Part shown: positions 48,678 through 57,615 of the stretch, one piece after another
Layout: each line of letters begins with the position of its first letter
Position numbering within the stretch: position 1 is the stretch's first letter
Origin: Armatimonadota bacterium
GTDB lineage: Bacteria; Armatimonadota; Fervidibacteria; Fervidibacterales; Thermosaccharophagaceae
Reading direction: 5' to 3'
Assembly (NCBI GenBank): GCA_025062195.1
Contig: JANXAS010000001.1
Span: 872-64,871, forward strand
Length of the DNA: 64,000 nt
Program-made: the position numbers and the translations under genes
Notes under the pieces: model-generated
Seen by the model: the letters and a program-made list of their open reading frames with translations, nothing else
What the model was told of the DNA's origin: nothing
Database searches by the model: none

Positions 48678-50246
48678 ATGAAGGAAAGACGCATTATTGT
48701 GTTTGACACAACACTCCGTGATGGTGAGCAATCTCCGGGTGTTAGCCTGAGCGAAAGCGAGAAGCTTGAGATAGCGATACAGCTTGCAAGGCTTGGTGTG
48801 GATGTCATTGAGGCTGGTTTTCCGGTCGCTTCCAAAGGTGAACTGGAAGCAGTCAAGCGCATCGCCAAGGAAGTTAAAGGACCTGTTATAGCAGCGCTTG
48901 CAAGGGCATCGGAAGAGGACATAAATGCAGCTGCTGAAGCACTATCCCCTGCGGAGCGAAAACGCATACATACATTCATAGCCACCTCGGACATACATAT
49001 GCAATACAAGCTCAAAAAGAGCAGGGACGAAGTAATTGAGATGACCCGTGAAGCTGTATCTTATGCGCGCAAGTTCACAGACGATGTTGAATTCTCAGCT
49101 GAGGATGCAACAAGAAGCGATCCGGATTTTTTGTGCAAGGTCTTTGAAGTGGCTATTGATGCTGGTGCCACAACAATCAACATACCTGATACAGTTGGCT
49201 ATGCGCTCCCGCATGAGTATGGTGAGCTTGTTAGAACGGTCATGAATAAGGTGCCGAACATAGACAGGGCGGTAGTGAGCGTGCATTGCCACGATGACCT
49301 TGGTATGGCTGTTGCGAATTCAATTGCCGGAATAATAGCTGGGGCATCACAGGTTGAGTGCACGATAAATGGCATCGGTGAGAGAGCTGGGAACGCGTCA
49401 CTTGAGGAAATTGTAGCGATAATCTACTGCCGTCAAAAAGTGCTTAACTGCTATACATCTATTAACACCGAGTTGATAAGCCGCACAAGCAATCTTGTCA
49501 GCATATTAACAGGCATGCCTGTGCAACCAAACAAAGCCGTTGTCGGTGCAAATGCCTTCAAACACGAGTCTGGCATACATCAACATGGTATGCTCTCAAA
49601 CCCACTCACATACTCAATACTTGACCCAAAGCTTTTCGGAGTTACTGAAGAGGTAATAGTGCTTGGGAAGCATTCTGGAAGACATGCGCTTGAGATGAGG
49701 CTGCAGAAACTCGGCTACGAATTAAATAAAGGGCAACTTGATCAAGTGTTTAAGCGCTTTAAGGAGCTTGCTGAGAAGAAACGAGAAGTGACCGACATGG
49801 ATTTGGCGGCACTCGTCTCGGATGTGCTTCACACAGCCCCAGAGATTTATCAGCTTGATTACATGCATGTCGTCAGCGGCAAGGGCACAGTCCCAAGTGC
49901 CACTGTCAGAATACAATTTGGTGATGAAATACTTTTAGCTACTGGCACTGGAGTTGGTCCAATTGATGCACTTTACAAGACGATAGATAAGCTTATCACC
50001 ATACCGCATCGTCTCGTTGACTTCTCTGTGCGCTCGGTAGGACCTGGCACTGATGCAGTTGCTGAAGTGTTCGTCAGAATTGCCGACGAAGAAGGGAATT
50101 TATTTGGTGGCTATGGCATATCAACTGATACTATTGAAGCAGCTGCCAAAGCTTACATGCACGCTCTTAACAAACTTGCACACAGCAAAGCACAACAAAA
50201 AAGCAAGCCAAATCAGCTGGCAGTTGGCAGTTGTGCTGGCGCATGA
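48678..50246 (+). CDS. leuA: 2-isopropylmalate synthase
   Basis: [30 protein letters not shown], and a C-terminal LeuA regulatory domain. GGAGGTG Shine-Dalgarno sequence before the ATG at 48678. Confidence 0.9.
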   Translation: MKERRIIVFDTTLRDGEQSPGVSLSESEKLEIAIQLARLGVDVIEAGFPVASKGELEAVKRIAKEVKGPVIAALARASEEDINAAAEALSPAERKRIHTFIATSDIHMQYKLKKSRDEVIEMTREAVSYARKFTDDVEFSAEDATRSDPDFLCKVFEVAIDAGATTINIPDTVGYALPHEYGELVRTVMNKVPNIDRAVVSVHCHDDLGMAVANSIAGIIAGASQVECTINGIGERAGNASLEEIVAIIYCRQKVLNCYTSINTELISRTSNLVSILTGMPVQPNKAVVGANAFKHESGIHQHGMLSNPLTYSILDPKLFGVTEEVIVLGKHSGRHALEMRLQKLGYELNKGQLDQVFKRFKELAEKKREVTDMDLAALVSDVLHTAPEIYQLDYMHVVSGKGTVPSATVRIQFGDEILLATGTGVGPIDALYKTIDKLITIPHRLVDFSVRSVGPGTDAVAEVFVRIADEEGNLFGGYGISTDTIEAAAKAYMHALNKLAHSKAQQKSKPNQLAVGSCAGA

Positions 50247-50431
50247 AATGCGCCAAAGAATTAACCAACGAGTGGCTTTGGAGCAGCAAGTTTTTTCTTT
50301 CCCTACTGAAAGGTGACGGGACGGTGCAGCAGGACAGACGCTTTGGTTATCTTTCATGGGCTCAAAGCTTGTGCCATTTTTGACAATAATATTTTGGGGG
50401 TAGTATAACGCTCTTGACTTATTCAATTAGT

Positions 50432-50480
50432 AGTTACGCAGTTGGCGTTTTTGTAAGGCTGGAAAAGCCTGCCCGAAAAA
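50432..50480 (+). repeat. Intergenic module (family Q): AGTTACGCAGTTG ... GCCTGCCCGA(A/T)AAA
   Basis: The same two motifs with the same spacing (49-50 nt) occur at 60737-60786. The reverse-complement core CAACTGCGTAAGT is at 51146-51158, and a related copy at about 459-471. Confidence 0.65.
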
Positions 50481-50483
50481 GAA

Positions 50484-50599
50484 TAAACTTCTTGCGTGAC
50501 AACTCAGCCTTTAAATGTTTGAACAAGTTTTGTGCCCTAAAGTTTTACAAAGCGTTCCCGTTGTGTTCAAGTTAAGCCAAATAAAGTTGAACAAGGTTT
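50484..50599. mobile_element. MITE-like element (family T), copy 2, with a degenerate distal end
   Basis: Begins with TAAACTTCTTGCGTGA. Aligns by eye with the reverse complement of 30601-30734 through ATGTTTGAACAAGTTTTGTGCCCT.AAGTTTTAC...TCAAGTTAAGCC..ATAAA.TTGA. Confidence 0.7.
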
Positions 50600-50771
50600 G
50601 GTAGCGAACAGCAAATGGGAAGTTGGCACACATATAGCGATGGTTCAATACTTTACTTTAAGGCAAAAGCTTGCCCGATATGTTCGTAAGAGTTTGTCTT
50701 TTCCAATTGGTTTATGGTGGAATACAGCATGGAAATATCAATTACAACTTGACCACTACCAAAATTGTATA

Positions 50772-50860
50772 GTCGGGCTACCGCCCGACCGAAAAATGGG
50801 GCGAAAAATTCGGTAAGCCATAGGCTTGCCCTCCAAAATAACAAAAATTTGGAGGGCAAG
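50772..50860 (+). repeat. Hairpin module (family H), copy a, plus a 13-bp perfect stem-loop
   Basis: GTCGGGC-TACC-GCCCGAC (50772-50789), A-tracts, GTAAGCC-ATA-GGCTTGC (50813-50829). CTTGCCCTCCAAA (50825-50837) pairs with TTTGGAGGGCAAG (50848-50860). The two 3' hairpins share nucleotides, so they are mutually exclusive. Confidence 0.75.
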
Positions 50861-50892
50861 GCTATTGCCGAGCCGAAAAATCTAAAGGGACA

Positions 50893-50929
50893 GTTTGTAG
50901 TAAGGCACGAAACGAAGTGGAGCGCCGTT
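50893..50929 (+). repeat. Solitary REP-like unit (variant arm type)
   Basis: GTTTGTAGTAAGGCACGAAACGAAGTGGAGCGCCGTT resembles the GTTCGTAGTAAGGCACGAAGCG... arm of the arrays at 36.4 and 53 kb. Confidence 0.6.
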
Positions 50930-51057
50930 GAAAACGCCATTACGCTATCCCTTCATGGTTCACTGCGAACCATGCTGTAAAAGGAAAAAGCCAAAAATTG
51001 GCAAGCCATAGGCTTGCCCTACGAAGTGAGAAAAATCGTGACAGAAAAATTCGGGAT

Positions 51058-51121
51058 GTCGGGCTACCGCCCGACCAAAAATTGGGCGGAAAAAATCAGC
51101 AAGCCAGCAGGCTTGCCCTCC
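51058..51121 (+). repeat. Hairpin module (family H), copy b
   Basis: GTCGGGCTACCGCCCGAC (51058-51075) ... GCAAGCCAGCAGGCTTGCCCT (51099-51119). A third GCAAGCCATAGGCTTGCCCT is at 51001-51020. Confidence 0.75.
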
Positions 51122-51338
51122 GATACTTTCCCTGCGAAACAATACCAACTGCGTAAGTCTTAGAAGAAAAGCTCAAACGCCAAGTCGGGGGCTATTCCTG
51201 CCCCTGCTAAGGCGAGAACGGTAAATTACCGTTAGCTGAAGCCAAAAGCTTACGGACACACAGTTGTATTATGACTCGCTTAGGCTTGTGGTGAATGCCA
51301 TACCATACTGTCCGTTTGTCCTGAATAGCAGCTCGCTA

Positions 51339-51397
51339 TTGCGGCACAAGCCACAAAATGTTACAACGCACCAAACTCAAGGAGGTGAAAAGGGCGC
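51339..51397 (+). repeat. Upstream block (family U), copy 2, ending 45 nt before the leuC start codon
   Basis: TTGCGGCACAAGCCACAAAATGTTACAACGCACCAAACTCAAGGAGGTGAAAAGGGCGC aligns with 32212-32269. Confidence 0.75.
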
Positions 51398-51442
51398 ACC
51401 TACCATCGGTTAAATCCGATAGCCCTATGCGCCTATTAACCT

Positions 51443-52717
51443 ATGGGAATGACTGTGACCGAAAAGATACTCGCAACGCACTCATGCGAAAGGCATGTTA
51501 AGCCAGGACAATTGATCATGGCAAAGGTTGATTTTTGCATGGGCAATGATGTGACGGCAGCACTTGCAATAAAGGAGTTTCGCAAGATTGGCGTTGAGCG
51601 CGTATTTGACCCAGAGCGGATAGCGCTTGTTGCAAGCCACTATGTTCCAAACAAGGATGTGGGTGCGGCAGAACAAGCAAAGGTAATGCGCCAATTCGCT
51701 ATTGAGCAAGGAATAAAGCACTACTACGAAGTTGGACGAGGTGGAATTGAACATGTGCTGCTTCCAGACAATGGACTTATACTTCCCGGCATGGTTTATG
51801 TTGGCGCTGATTCTCACACATGCACAGCTGGCGCTCTATCATGCTTTGCAACAGGTATTGGGAGCACAGACCTCGCTGCAGTTATGGCACTCGGCGAGAT
51901 ATGGCTCCGAGTTCCAGCAACGATGAAATTGGTTTACTATGGCAAGCTAAACGAGTGGGTTATGGGTAAAGACATAATACTGGCAACGATTGGACGCATC
52001 GGTGTTAATGGTGCTTTATACAAGGCGATGGAGTTTACCGGTCCAGTGATTGAACAACTTCCCATGTCCGACAGGTTCACTATCACAAACATGGTTGTTG
52101 AGGCAGGCGCAAAGAATGGCATCATGCCATTTGATGAAGTCACTCAGGATTACTTGATGAAGGTTGCTCCGTGCAGCCAAGATAGATGGGAAGTGTATCT
52201 GCCAGATGAGGATGCTCAATACACTGAAGTGATTGATTTTGACTGCTCACAGCTTGAGCCATTGGTAGCATACCCTTACCTACCCTCAAATGTGCGCACA
52301 ATCTCTGAAGCAGTGAAGGACAAAATTTCAATTGACCAAGTCTTCATTGGCTCATGCACAAACGGCAGAATTGAAGACTTGCGAATCGCAGCAAAGGTAA
52401 TTAGAGGCAGGAAGGTTCATCCAAATGTGAGGATGATAGTTATTCCAGCAACACATCGTGTTTGGCAGATGGCACTTGCTGAAGGGCTGCTTGAAATTTT
52501 TGCCGAAGCAGGCGCTGTGGTAGCAGCCGAAACATGCGGACCTTGCCTTGGTGGATACATGGGCGTGCTCGCATCGGGTGAAAGATGCATCTCAACTTCA
52601 AACCGAAACTTTATTGGACGGATGGGACATCCGCAATCTGAAGTGTTTCTATCCAACCCCGCAATAGCAGCAGCGTCTGCAATCCTTGGAAGGATTGCTC
52701 ACCCGGATGAGTTGTAA
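51443..52717 (+). CDS. leuC: 3-isopropylmalate (or homoaconitate-type) dehydratase large subunit, approx. 420-aa type
   Basis: MTVTEKILA..., aconitase-family Fe-S cysteines (GADSHTCT, GSCTNGR, CGPCLG). Confidence 0.9.
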   Translation: MGMTVTEKILATHSCERHVKPGQLIMAKVDFCMGNDVTAALAIKEFRKIGVERVFDPERIALVASHYVPNKDVGAAEQAKVMRQFAIEQGIKHYYEVGRGGIEHVLLPDNGLILPGMVYVGADSHTCTAGALSCFATGIGSTDLAAVMALGEIWLRVPATMKLVYYGKLNEWVMGKDIILATIGRIGVNGALYKAMEFTGPVIEQLPMSDRFTITNMVVEAGAKNGIMPFDEVTQDYLMKVAPCSQDRWEVYLPDEDAQYTEVIDFDCSQLEPLVAYPYLPSNVRTISEAVKDKISIDQVFIGSCTNGRIEDLRIAAKVIRGRKVHPNVRMIVIPATHRVWQMALAEGLLEIFAEAGAVVAAETCGPCLGGYMGVLASGERCISTSNRNFIGRMGHPQSEVFLSNPAIAAASAILGRIAHPDEL

Positions 52718-52828
52718 AGGCTGCTCAGAAGCCCTATAAGTAGCATCGCCATCTTTGGTGTAATTTTTCACAGATGGCGCTGCTTCAAAAGTAAGCGACA
52801 CCTTTCAATTTATACCTACTCTCTTCAC

Positions 52829-53619
52829 TCAAAAGCTTGTTGGTTCTTTGTTTGATCGTAGTAAGGCACGGAGCAAAGCACCGTGCCGTCAATGTGAGTG
52901 CAAAGTGCAGAATGCGAAGTGTAAGTGAAATGACTACATTGCACATTGCACCAACTTAACGTCACTCCGCTATTGCTTCGTGGCTAACTACGAACTTAAC
53001 CGGGTTTTTAACGCCACTCCGCTATCGCTTCGTGGCTAACTACGAACCTGCCGGATTTTTAACGCCACTTCGCTATCGCTTCGTGGCTAACTACAAGCCT
53101 AACCAACGAAGCTTTTGACTTGGCAGTAGCCTTGCCCTACAAGTGATGAAGATTTGTTTGTTCGTAGTAAGGCACGAAGCGAAGCATAGTGCCGTTTAAG
53201 TGAGTGCAAGGTGAGAGTGCAAGTGAAATGATGACATCGCACATTGCACCAACTTAACGCCATTTCGCTAACGCTTCGTGGCTAACTACGAACTTAACCG
53301 GATTTTTAACGCCACTCCGCTAACGCTTCGTGGCTAACTACAAGCCTAACTAATGAAGCTTTTGGCTTGGCAGTAGCCTTGCCCCACAAGTGATGAAGAT
53401 TTGTTTGTTCGTAGTAAGGCACGAAGCGAAGCATAGCGCCGTTTAAGTGAGTGCAAGGTGAGAGTGCAAGTGAAATGATGACATCGCACATTGCACCAAC
53501 TCAACGCCACTCCGCTATCGCTTCACGGCTAACTACGAACTTAACCGGATTTTTAACGCCACTCCGCTAACGCTTCGTGGCTAACTACAAGCCTAACCAA
53601 CAAAGTTTGTGGTAAAGAG
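52829..53619 (-). repeat. REP/REPIN-like composite repeat array 2, inverted relative to array 1
   Basis: Seven inverted 36-nt units at 52960-52995, 53012-53047, 53063-53098, 53258-53293, 53310-53345, 53505-53540 and 53557-53592. Tandem copies have a 52-nt period. 134-nt hairpins at 53160-53293 and 53407-53540, plus a diverged one at 52854-52995. The super-repeat period is 247 bp. Confidence 0.9.
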
Positions 53620-53786
53620 CGTATACCTATTGCATCTTGCGCCACATAGCTAAAGATGAAGATGCACTGAGCGTGATGGCAATTGCTTCCTCTACGCAGC
53701 CACTTTACATCCATTGCATTGCGCGTCATGTTCCAAATTGAAGATGTGAAGCAACATCTCACTGTCGTTGGAGACCGGACAGTGAA

Positions 53787-55382
53787 GTGAGGGCGATAGG
53801 AAAGGGAAACTTTCTTTCTCTCGTGTATGTAGTAGTCACTTTGACCCTTCTTAGTGTCTGTGGAGTTTTCACCTACTCAAGGAATTTTCCTAACACGACT
53901 AATGCCTTTGCACAGTGCGACTTATCCAATTGCGAGTTTCGTGGAGCATACATGACTGAGTGCTATAATTGCTCCACAATCTCATACTGCCCCATTTGCC
54001 TTACCTGCTACTTCTGTAACTACATTGAAGACGCCGATGCAAATGGCTCTCAAGAAGTGTGCGAGCAAGACGATGGTGCCTATGAGCTATACGAATACGA
54101 GCCATATTGGTGTGAGCCATGTGAGTCGTATAATTATGAGCCGATAGAGTCTTATCCGCCTTTGGATGAACAAACTGAGTCTTGTCCATCAGATACTGAG
54201 CCAAACAAGGGGATTAGAAATAAACTTATTGAACAAGCTGCGCAACAAAGCAATGTTGCAACAATTGAAATGCTTTACCCAAAGCGAGTTTCCTCCAATG
54301 TATACATCACGAGTGCAAAGCATAAACAAGCGATGTCTGAAGCATCCACTCAAAGCTCAAGTGATGCGCAAGTGGTCTCTGGAGCACATATCCCAATAGT
54401 CGTTCACATTGCTGCTTCAGATAGAGACTGGATAGCTTCTCGTGATGAGGTAGTTATTGGTGTCGGAGACGAAGAGTTAGCTCGTTACAATGGAGTGGAT
54501 AGTGGATGGCAACCTTCATTCTGCCCTGTGTATATTCATCATGTATATGACCCTAAGGGTGGCACAAGGCATTGGGTTATCCATACGCGGTGGACTGCAC
54601 GCGAATACGAGAATGGAACATATAGCCTATGGGCTAAGGCTAAAGGGTCGTGGAGAAGGTGGCGCATAGGCGAAGATGGTCAATTTGGCATGGATAGGAT
54701 TTCATTTGCAATTGAAACAAGCTGCAATGTTGTGCTTGATAACACACCGTTAGTTAAGGGTTTAACGGCATACAAAGCTGTCTATGACCCAGTTAGTCGT
54801 AAGGTGAGGGAGAAAAGTGTCGGAAAGATAACTGGCAATGTGAATTTGAAAGTGATTGCTCGCCCTGCAATGGGAGTTGTTGAATACACATATCCAGTTT
54901 ATGTTGATGAAGAAGGTAACTTGAGGTATGTGACTGTGAGATATAACAACTGGAATTATCTTGACGGCGTTGAATTCAGCGCAAATGGTAAGGTGATAAA
55001 GTTTGTGAACCAAGGTGAACCGCTTATTAGTTGGGGAGATGAGAATGTGAGTGATGAGGATAGGCATACATACATTTACAGGTGCGTGTTTGACAGTGCG
55101 AGGAAAAGCAAAGATGACCCATACTCTCCGGAGTGGGAGGATGGAGAAGTTGAGATAGTAGCGAAAGCTATAAGTGGGTTAAGCTTTGCGCAGACCAAGA
55201 TAAACGCCATATTGAAGAACGAGGGGAAGATATACGGCAAAGTAGTCCATGCATTGAAGATGTGCCCGAACGGAAAGGTGGCTGAGGAAGATCCAGAACC
55301 CCCAATAAAAGGTGCAAAGGTGAAATTGATTGAACTTAGGGAGGGGGAAGATGGTTCAACTTACCAGGAATGGAAGATTTAG
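53787..55382 (+). CDS. Hypothetical secreted or anchored protein with Cys/Tyr/acid-rich N-terminal region and beta-sandwich-like body
   Basis: 531 aa. N-terminal hydrophobic anchor (LSLVYVVVTLTLLSVCGVF), many Cys within approx. 110 aa rich in E/D/Y (…CYNCSTISYCPICLTCYFCNY…YEYEPYWCEPCESYNYEP…), then Ig-like-looking segments. Low GC. No family recognised. Confidence 0.5.
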   Translation: MRAIGKGNFLSLVYVVVTLTLLSVCGVFTYSRNFPNTTNAFAQCDLSNCEFRGAYMTECYNCSTISYCPICLTCYFCNYIEDADANGSQEVCEQDDGAYELYEYEPYWCEPCESYNYEPIESYPPLDEQTESCPSDTEPNKGIRNKLIEQAAQQSNVATIEMLYPKRVSSNVYITSAKHKQAMSEASTQSSSDAQVVSGAHIPIVVHIAASDRDWIASRDEVVIGVGDEELARYNGVDSGWQPSFCPVYIHHVYDPKGGTRHWVIHTRWTAREYENGTYSLWAKAKGSWRRWRIGEDGQFGMDRISFAIETSCNVVLDNTPLVKGLTAYKAVYDPVSRKVREKSVGKITGNVNLKVIARPAMGVVEYTYPVYVDEEGNLRYVTVRYNNWNYLDGVEFSANGKVIKFVNQGEPLISWGDENVSDEDRHTYIYRCVFDSARKSKDDPYSPEWEDGEVEIVAKAISGLSFAQTKINAILKNEGKIYGKVVHALKMCPNGKVAEEDPEPPIKGAKVKLIELREGEDGSTYQEWKI

Positions 55383-55974
55383 AGAATGTTGGAATCCAAT
55401 TCGCGCCAGATTGGGTGGAAGAGTAGCAGTCACCAGGGATGGCTACATATGGAGTGGAATCCATTGGGCTGAACCTCCATTGCCTGGATTGCCAATCTTG
55501 GTCCACCGAAAAGGGAGAAAAAGTCCTGTATTGGATTTTCGGTATAGGTTGCCAAAACATTTTGAGGAGGAGATGCGAAAGGCATTAATTGAGAACGGTT
55601 TCAAATGGAAGGAAGGTGTGGAGTGGATGGCGGATTGGTTTGAAGCCGGACCATCGCAAGTTGCCTTTTCATTATACAGCAAACTCCTTCCCTCAGAGGG
55701 TATATTTGGCAGGTCCTTGTGGATGCTTGTGCGAAGCGATGGTAGCAAGGTGCTGGAGACAAAAGTCTGCGTAAACTACTCTCCTATGCTGGCAGCTAAT
55801 GGAACGATTTGGCTGGTGGATTCCGACATGGGTCAGGACTGGAGGTGGAGCAAGATATGGATATACAAGAGGGGTGAGGAAAAAGGCAAACCATTAATTG
55901 ACCGAAGTGTTGAGAAGGAGCCTTGGGCTGACAAAATTATATTAGGGAAGGTAGGCCATCCACTCATAGAGTAA
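55351..55974 (+). CDS. Hypothetical protein (island ORF 2)
   Basis: ATG at 55351 preceded by GGGAGGGGG. Overlaps ORF 1 by 32 nt. Ends at a TAA that is followed in the same frame by ORF 56038..56265. Confidence 0.4.
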   Translation: MVQLTRNGRFRECWNPIRARLGGRVAVTRDGYIWSGIHWAEPPLPGLPILVHRKGRKSPVLDFRYRLPKHFEEEMRKALIENGFKWKEGVEWMADWFEAGPSQVAFSLYSKLLPSEGIFGRSLWMLVRSDGSKVLETKVCVNYSPMLAANGTIWLVDSDMGQDWRWSKIWIYKRGEEKGKPLIDRSVEKEPWADKIILGKVGHPLIE

Positions 55975-56037
55975 ATTGATGCAAAGGGACAAATTTATCT
56001 TGTTTTCAGTCGCACAAAGGTTGCCACTCAAAAGCAA

Positions 56038-56265
56038 GTGATTAGATTTAAAGGCGAAGTTGTTGATACGGTTTTACCAGAGGAGCTAATTTATGAACAT
56101 GCAGTTGTCGTCTTGAATGAAGATGGTAAAGTTGTGTCTTACTTACCTTGGCAATTTGGCGATTCTTCAATCATACCCATCCCTGATGGGAGTGGTTTTT
56201 ATTCCATATATGGTCTTAAGAAAGGGGTATGGGTCTATTTTTATGCTCTGCCTAATTCAGGCTGA
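56038..56265 (+). CDS. Hypothetical small ORF, possibly the C-terminal continuation of island ORF 2
   Basis: Same reading frame as 55351..55974. The 63 nt between them (55975-56037) contain no stop, so a single TAA (55972-55974) separates the two. Confidence 0.3.
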   Translation: MIRFKGEVVDTVLPEELIYEHAVVVLNEDGKVVSYLPWQFGDSSIIPIPDGSGFYSIYGLKKGVWVYFYALPNSG

Positions 56266-56270
56266 AGCAT

Positions 56271-56291
56271 TAAACTTCTTGCGTAAATAAC
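56271..56291 (+). repeat. Solo terminal repeat of the family T element
   Basis: TAAACTTCTTGCGTAAATAAC matches the first approx. 20 nt of the elements at 30601 (reverse complement) and 50484, then diverges. Lies 5 nt after the stop of ORF 56038..56265. Confidence 0.55.
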
Positions 56292-56589
56292 TTATGACTG
56301 TAGTTGTTGGATTGTTCTTTTAAAAGGCTTGACTATGCATGGGTGAGAGTTGCGATAGCAGAGGCTAATATAAGAAAGTTCAACGATGAATTTGCCCATC
56401 CTTCTAAATCGTGACTTCTACCACAAACTATCACGAACTCGTGAATGAAACTCTCCTCATCTGTGACTATGTGAACTCTCAAGCTATAAAATTAAACCCT
56501 TTTGCTTATACCATTTTAAAAAATTGTCGTTATTTAGGGGGATTTCATATCCCGCCGAAAATTTCTTCGGCGCGGTATAAAATCGCGCC

Positions 56590-57096
56590 CTATAAACAGC
56601 AATTTTTCGGCATAGGCAGTGCCTTCGTCCTAAAACATTTTACGAAAATTTTTTGAAGTGGTATTACAATGTAGCCCCTCTTTTCTTCACCCTTCATCAA
56701 CTTTGACCTTGAAATCCTTATGTTCTCGCAAACAGGAATTGGGAAACTGTCAATGAAGTAGCGAGACCTTAGAGAGATTTTCTGTTTTATCTGTGAAAGG
56801 ATTGAAAGAAGGGTCGGTAAAAACTCAAGGAAGTAGTGAATCCTCCTTGCAAAGCGACTTTTTGACAAAATCCTTGGGAAAAGAGTTTGGTAAGTTGAGG
56901 CAAGGAAAGATAAAGTTGCCTGATAGTTGGCACAAAAATACCTGTGAGAAATCCATGCTAAGGTTAAAACTTCACTTTCGCTCATTTCTTGCTGTTTGGC
57001 ACCTTGCATTCCTAAGGCTTTGAGAATACCATCAATGATGCAAAAGGTGATGAGGATTTCGTCCTTATCAATTTCTTTGTTTATCATTTTTGTCAC
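56590..57096 (-). pseudogene. IS982-like (IS4/IS5-superfamily DDE) transposase, N-terminal fragment only
   Basis: 168-aa ORF. FCIIDGILKAL...SESEVLTLAWISHRY...FPRILSKSRFARR...YFIDSFPIPVCENIRISRSK...KRGY follows the N-terminal pattern of IS982-type transposases as I remember it. The frame then breaks before the DDE catalytic core. AT-rich surroundings. Confidence 0.55.
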
Positions 57097-57615
57097 CTCT
57101 GAGAGTGGGATTTTAGGTTGCTCTCGGAGGTAATTTTATCCCTTCAAATCAAGGTAGCAACTTGGGTTCCAATATCTGCTCGGGATGGAGGTAGAGAAGA
57201 AAGCAATTGAAAACAAGCGTGTGAAGGGATGCAAAGTATATCTGGCAAGTGAGTTTTTCAGGAGAAATGAAGCCAACCTTGCCAACCTTCGTGAGAGTCT
57301 ACTGGATAGAGAATTGGGAAAAAGAGGAAAGTGTGCGGGAGAATTGATGGGTCTTACATAGGTTGGCTTTAGGGAGACTATTCTGAAAGTCGTGAACGAG
57401 GGGAATATCCCCTTTTCATTTGAGAAGAGATAGAAGTAGACGAGGCGAATAAAAAGGTTTGGGTGAGTAAGCATATGTGGAACAACTTTGTGCAATTAGA
57501 GATTAAAAATGTTGAAGGCAAGAGTTACTTTGTTTGCCCTGGGAAGAAGGCACCATTTTGGGGGAAAGGAGGGGCAAAATATTGATAACGCAAGATGTAA
57601 TGGAAGATTCATCAT

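Noticed and set aside
36337-53619. The 17-kb unit as a composite transposon or genomic island
   Set aside because: The cargo is core biosynthesis (thrC, ilvBNC, leuA, leuC) with backbone-like GC. There is no transposase or integrase inside and no target-site duplication at the outer edges. It is retained only as a possible invertible segment.
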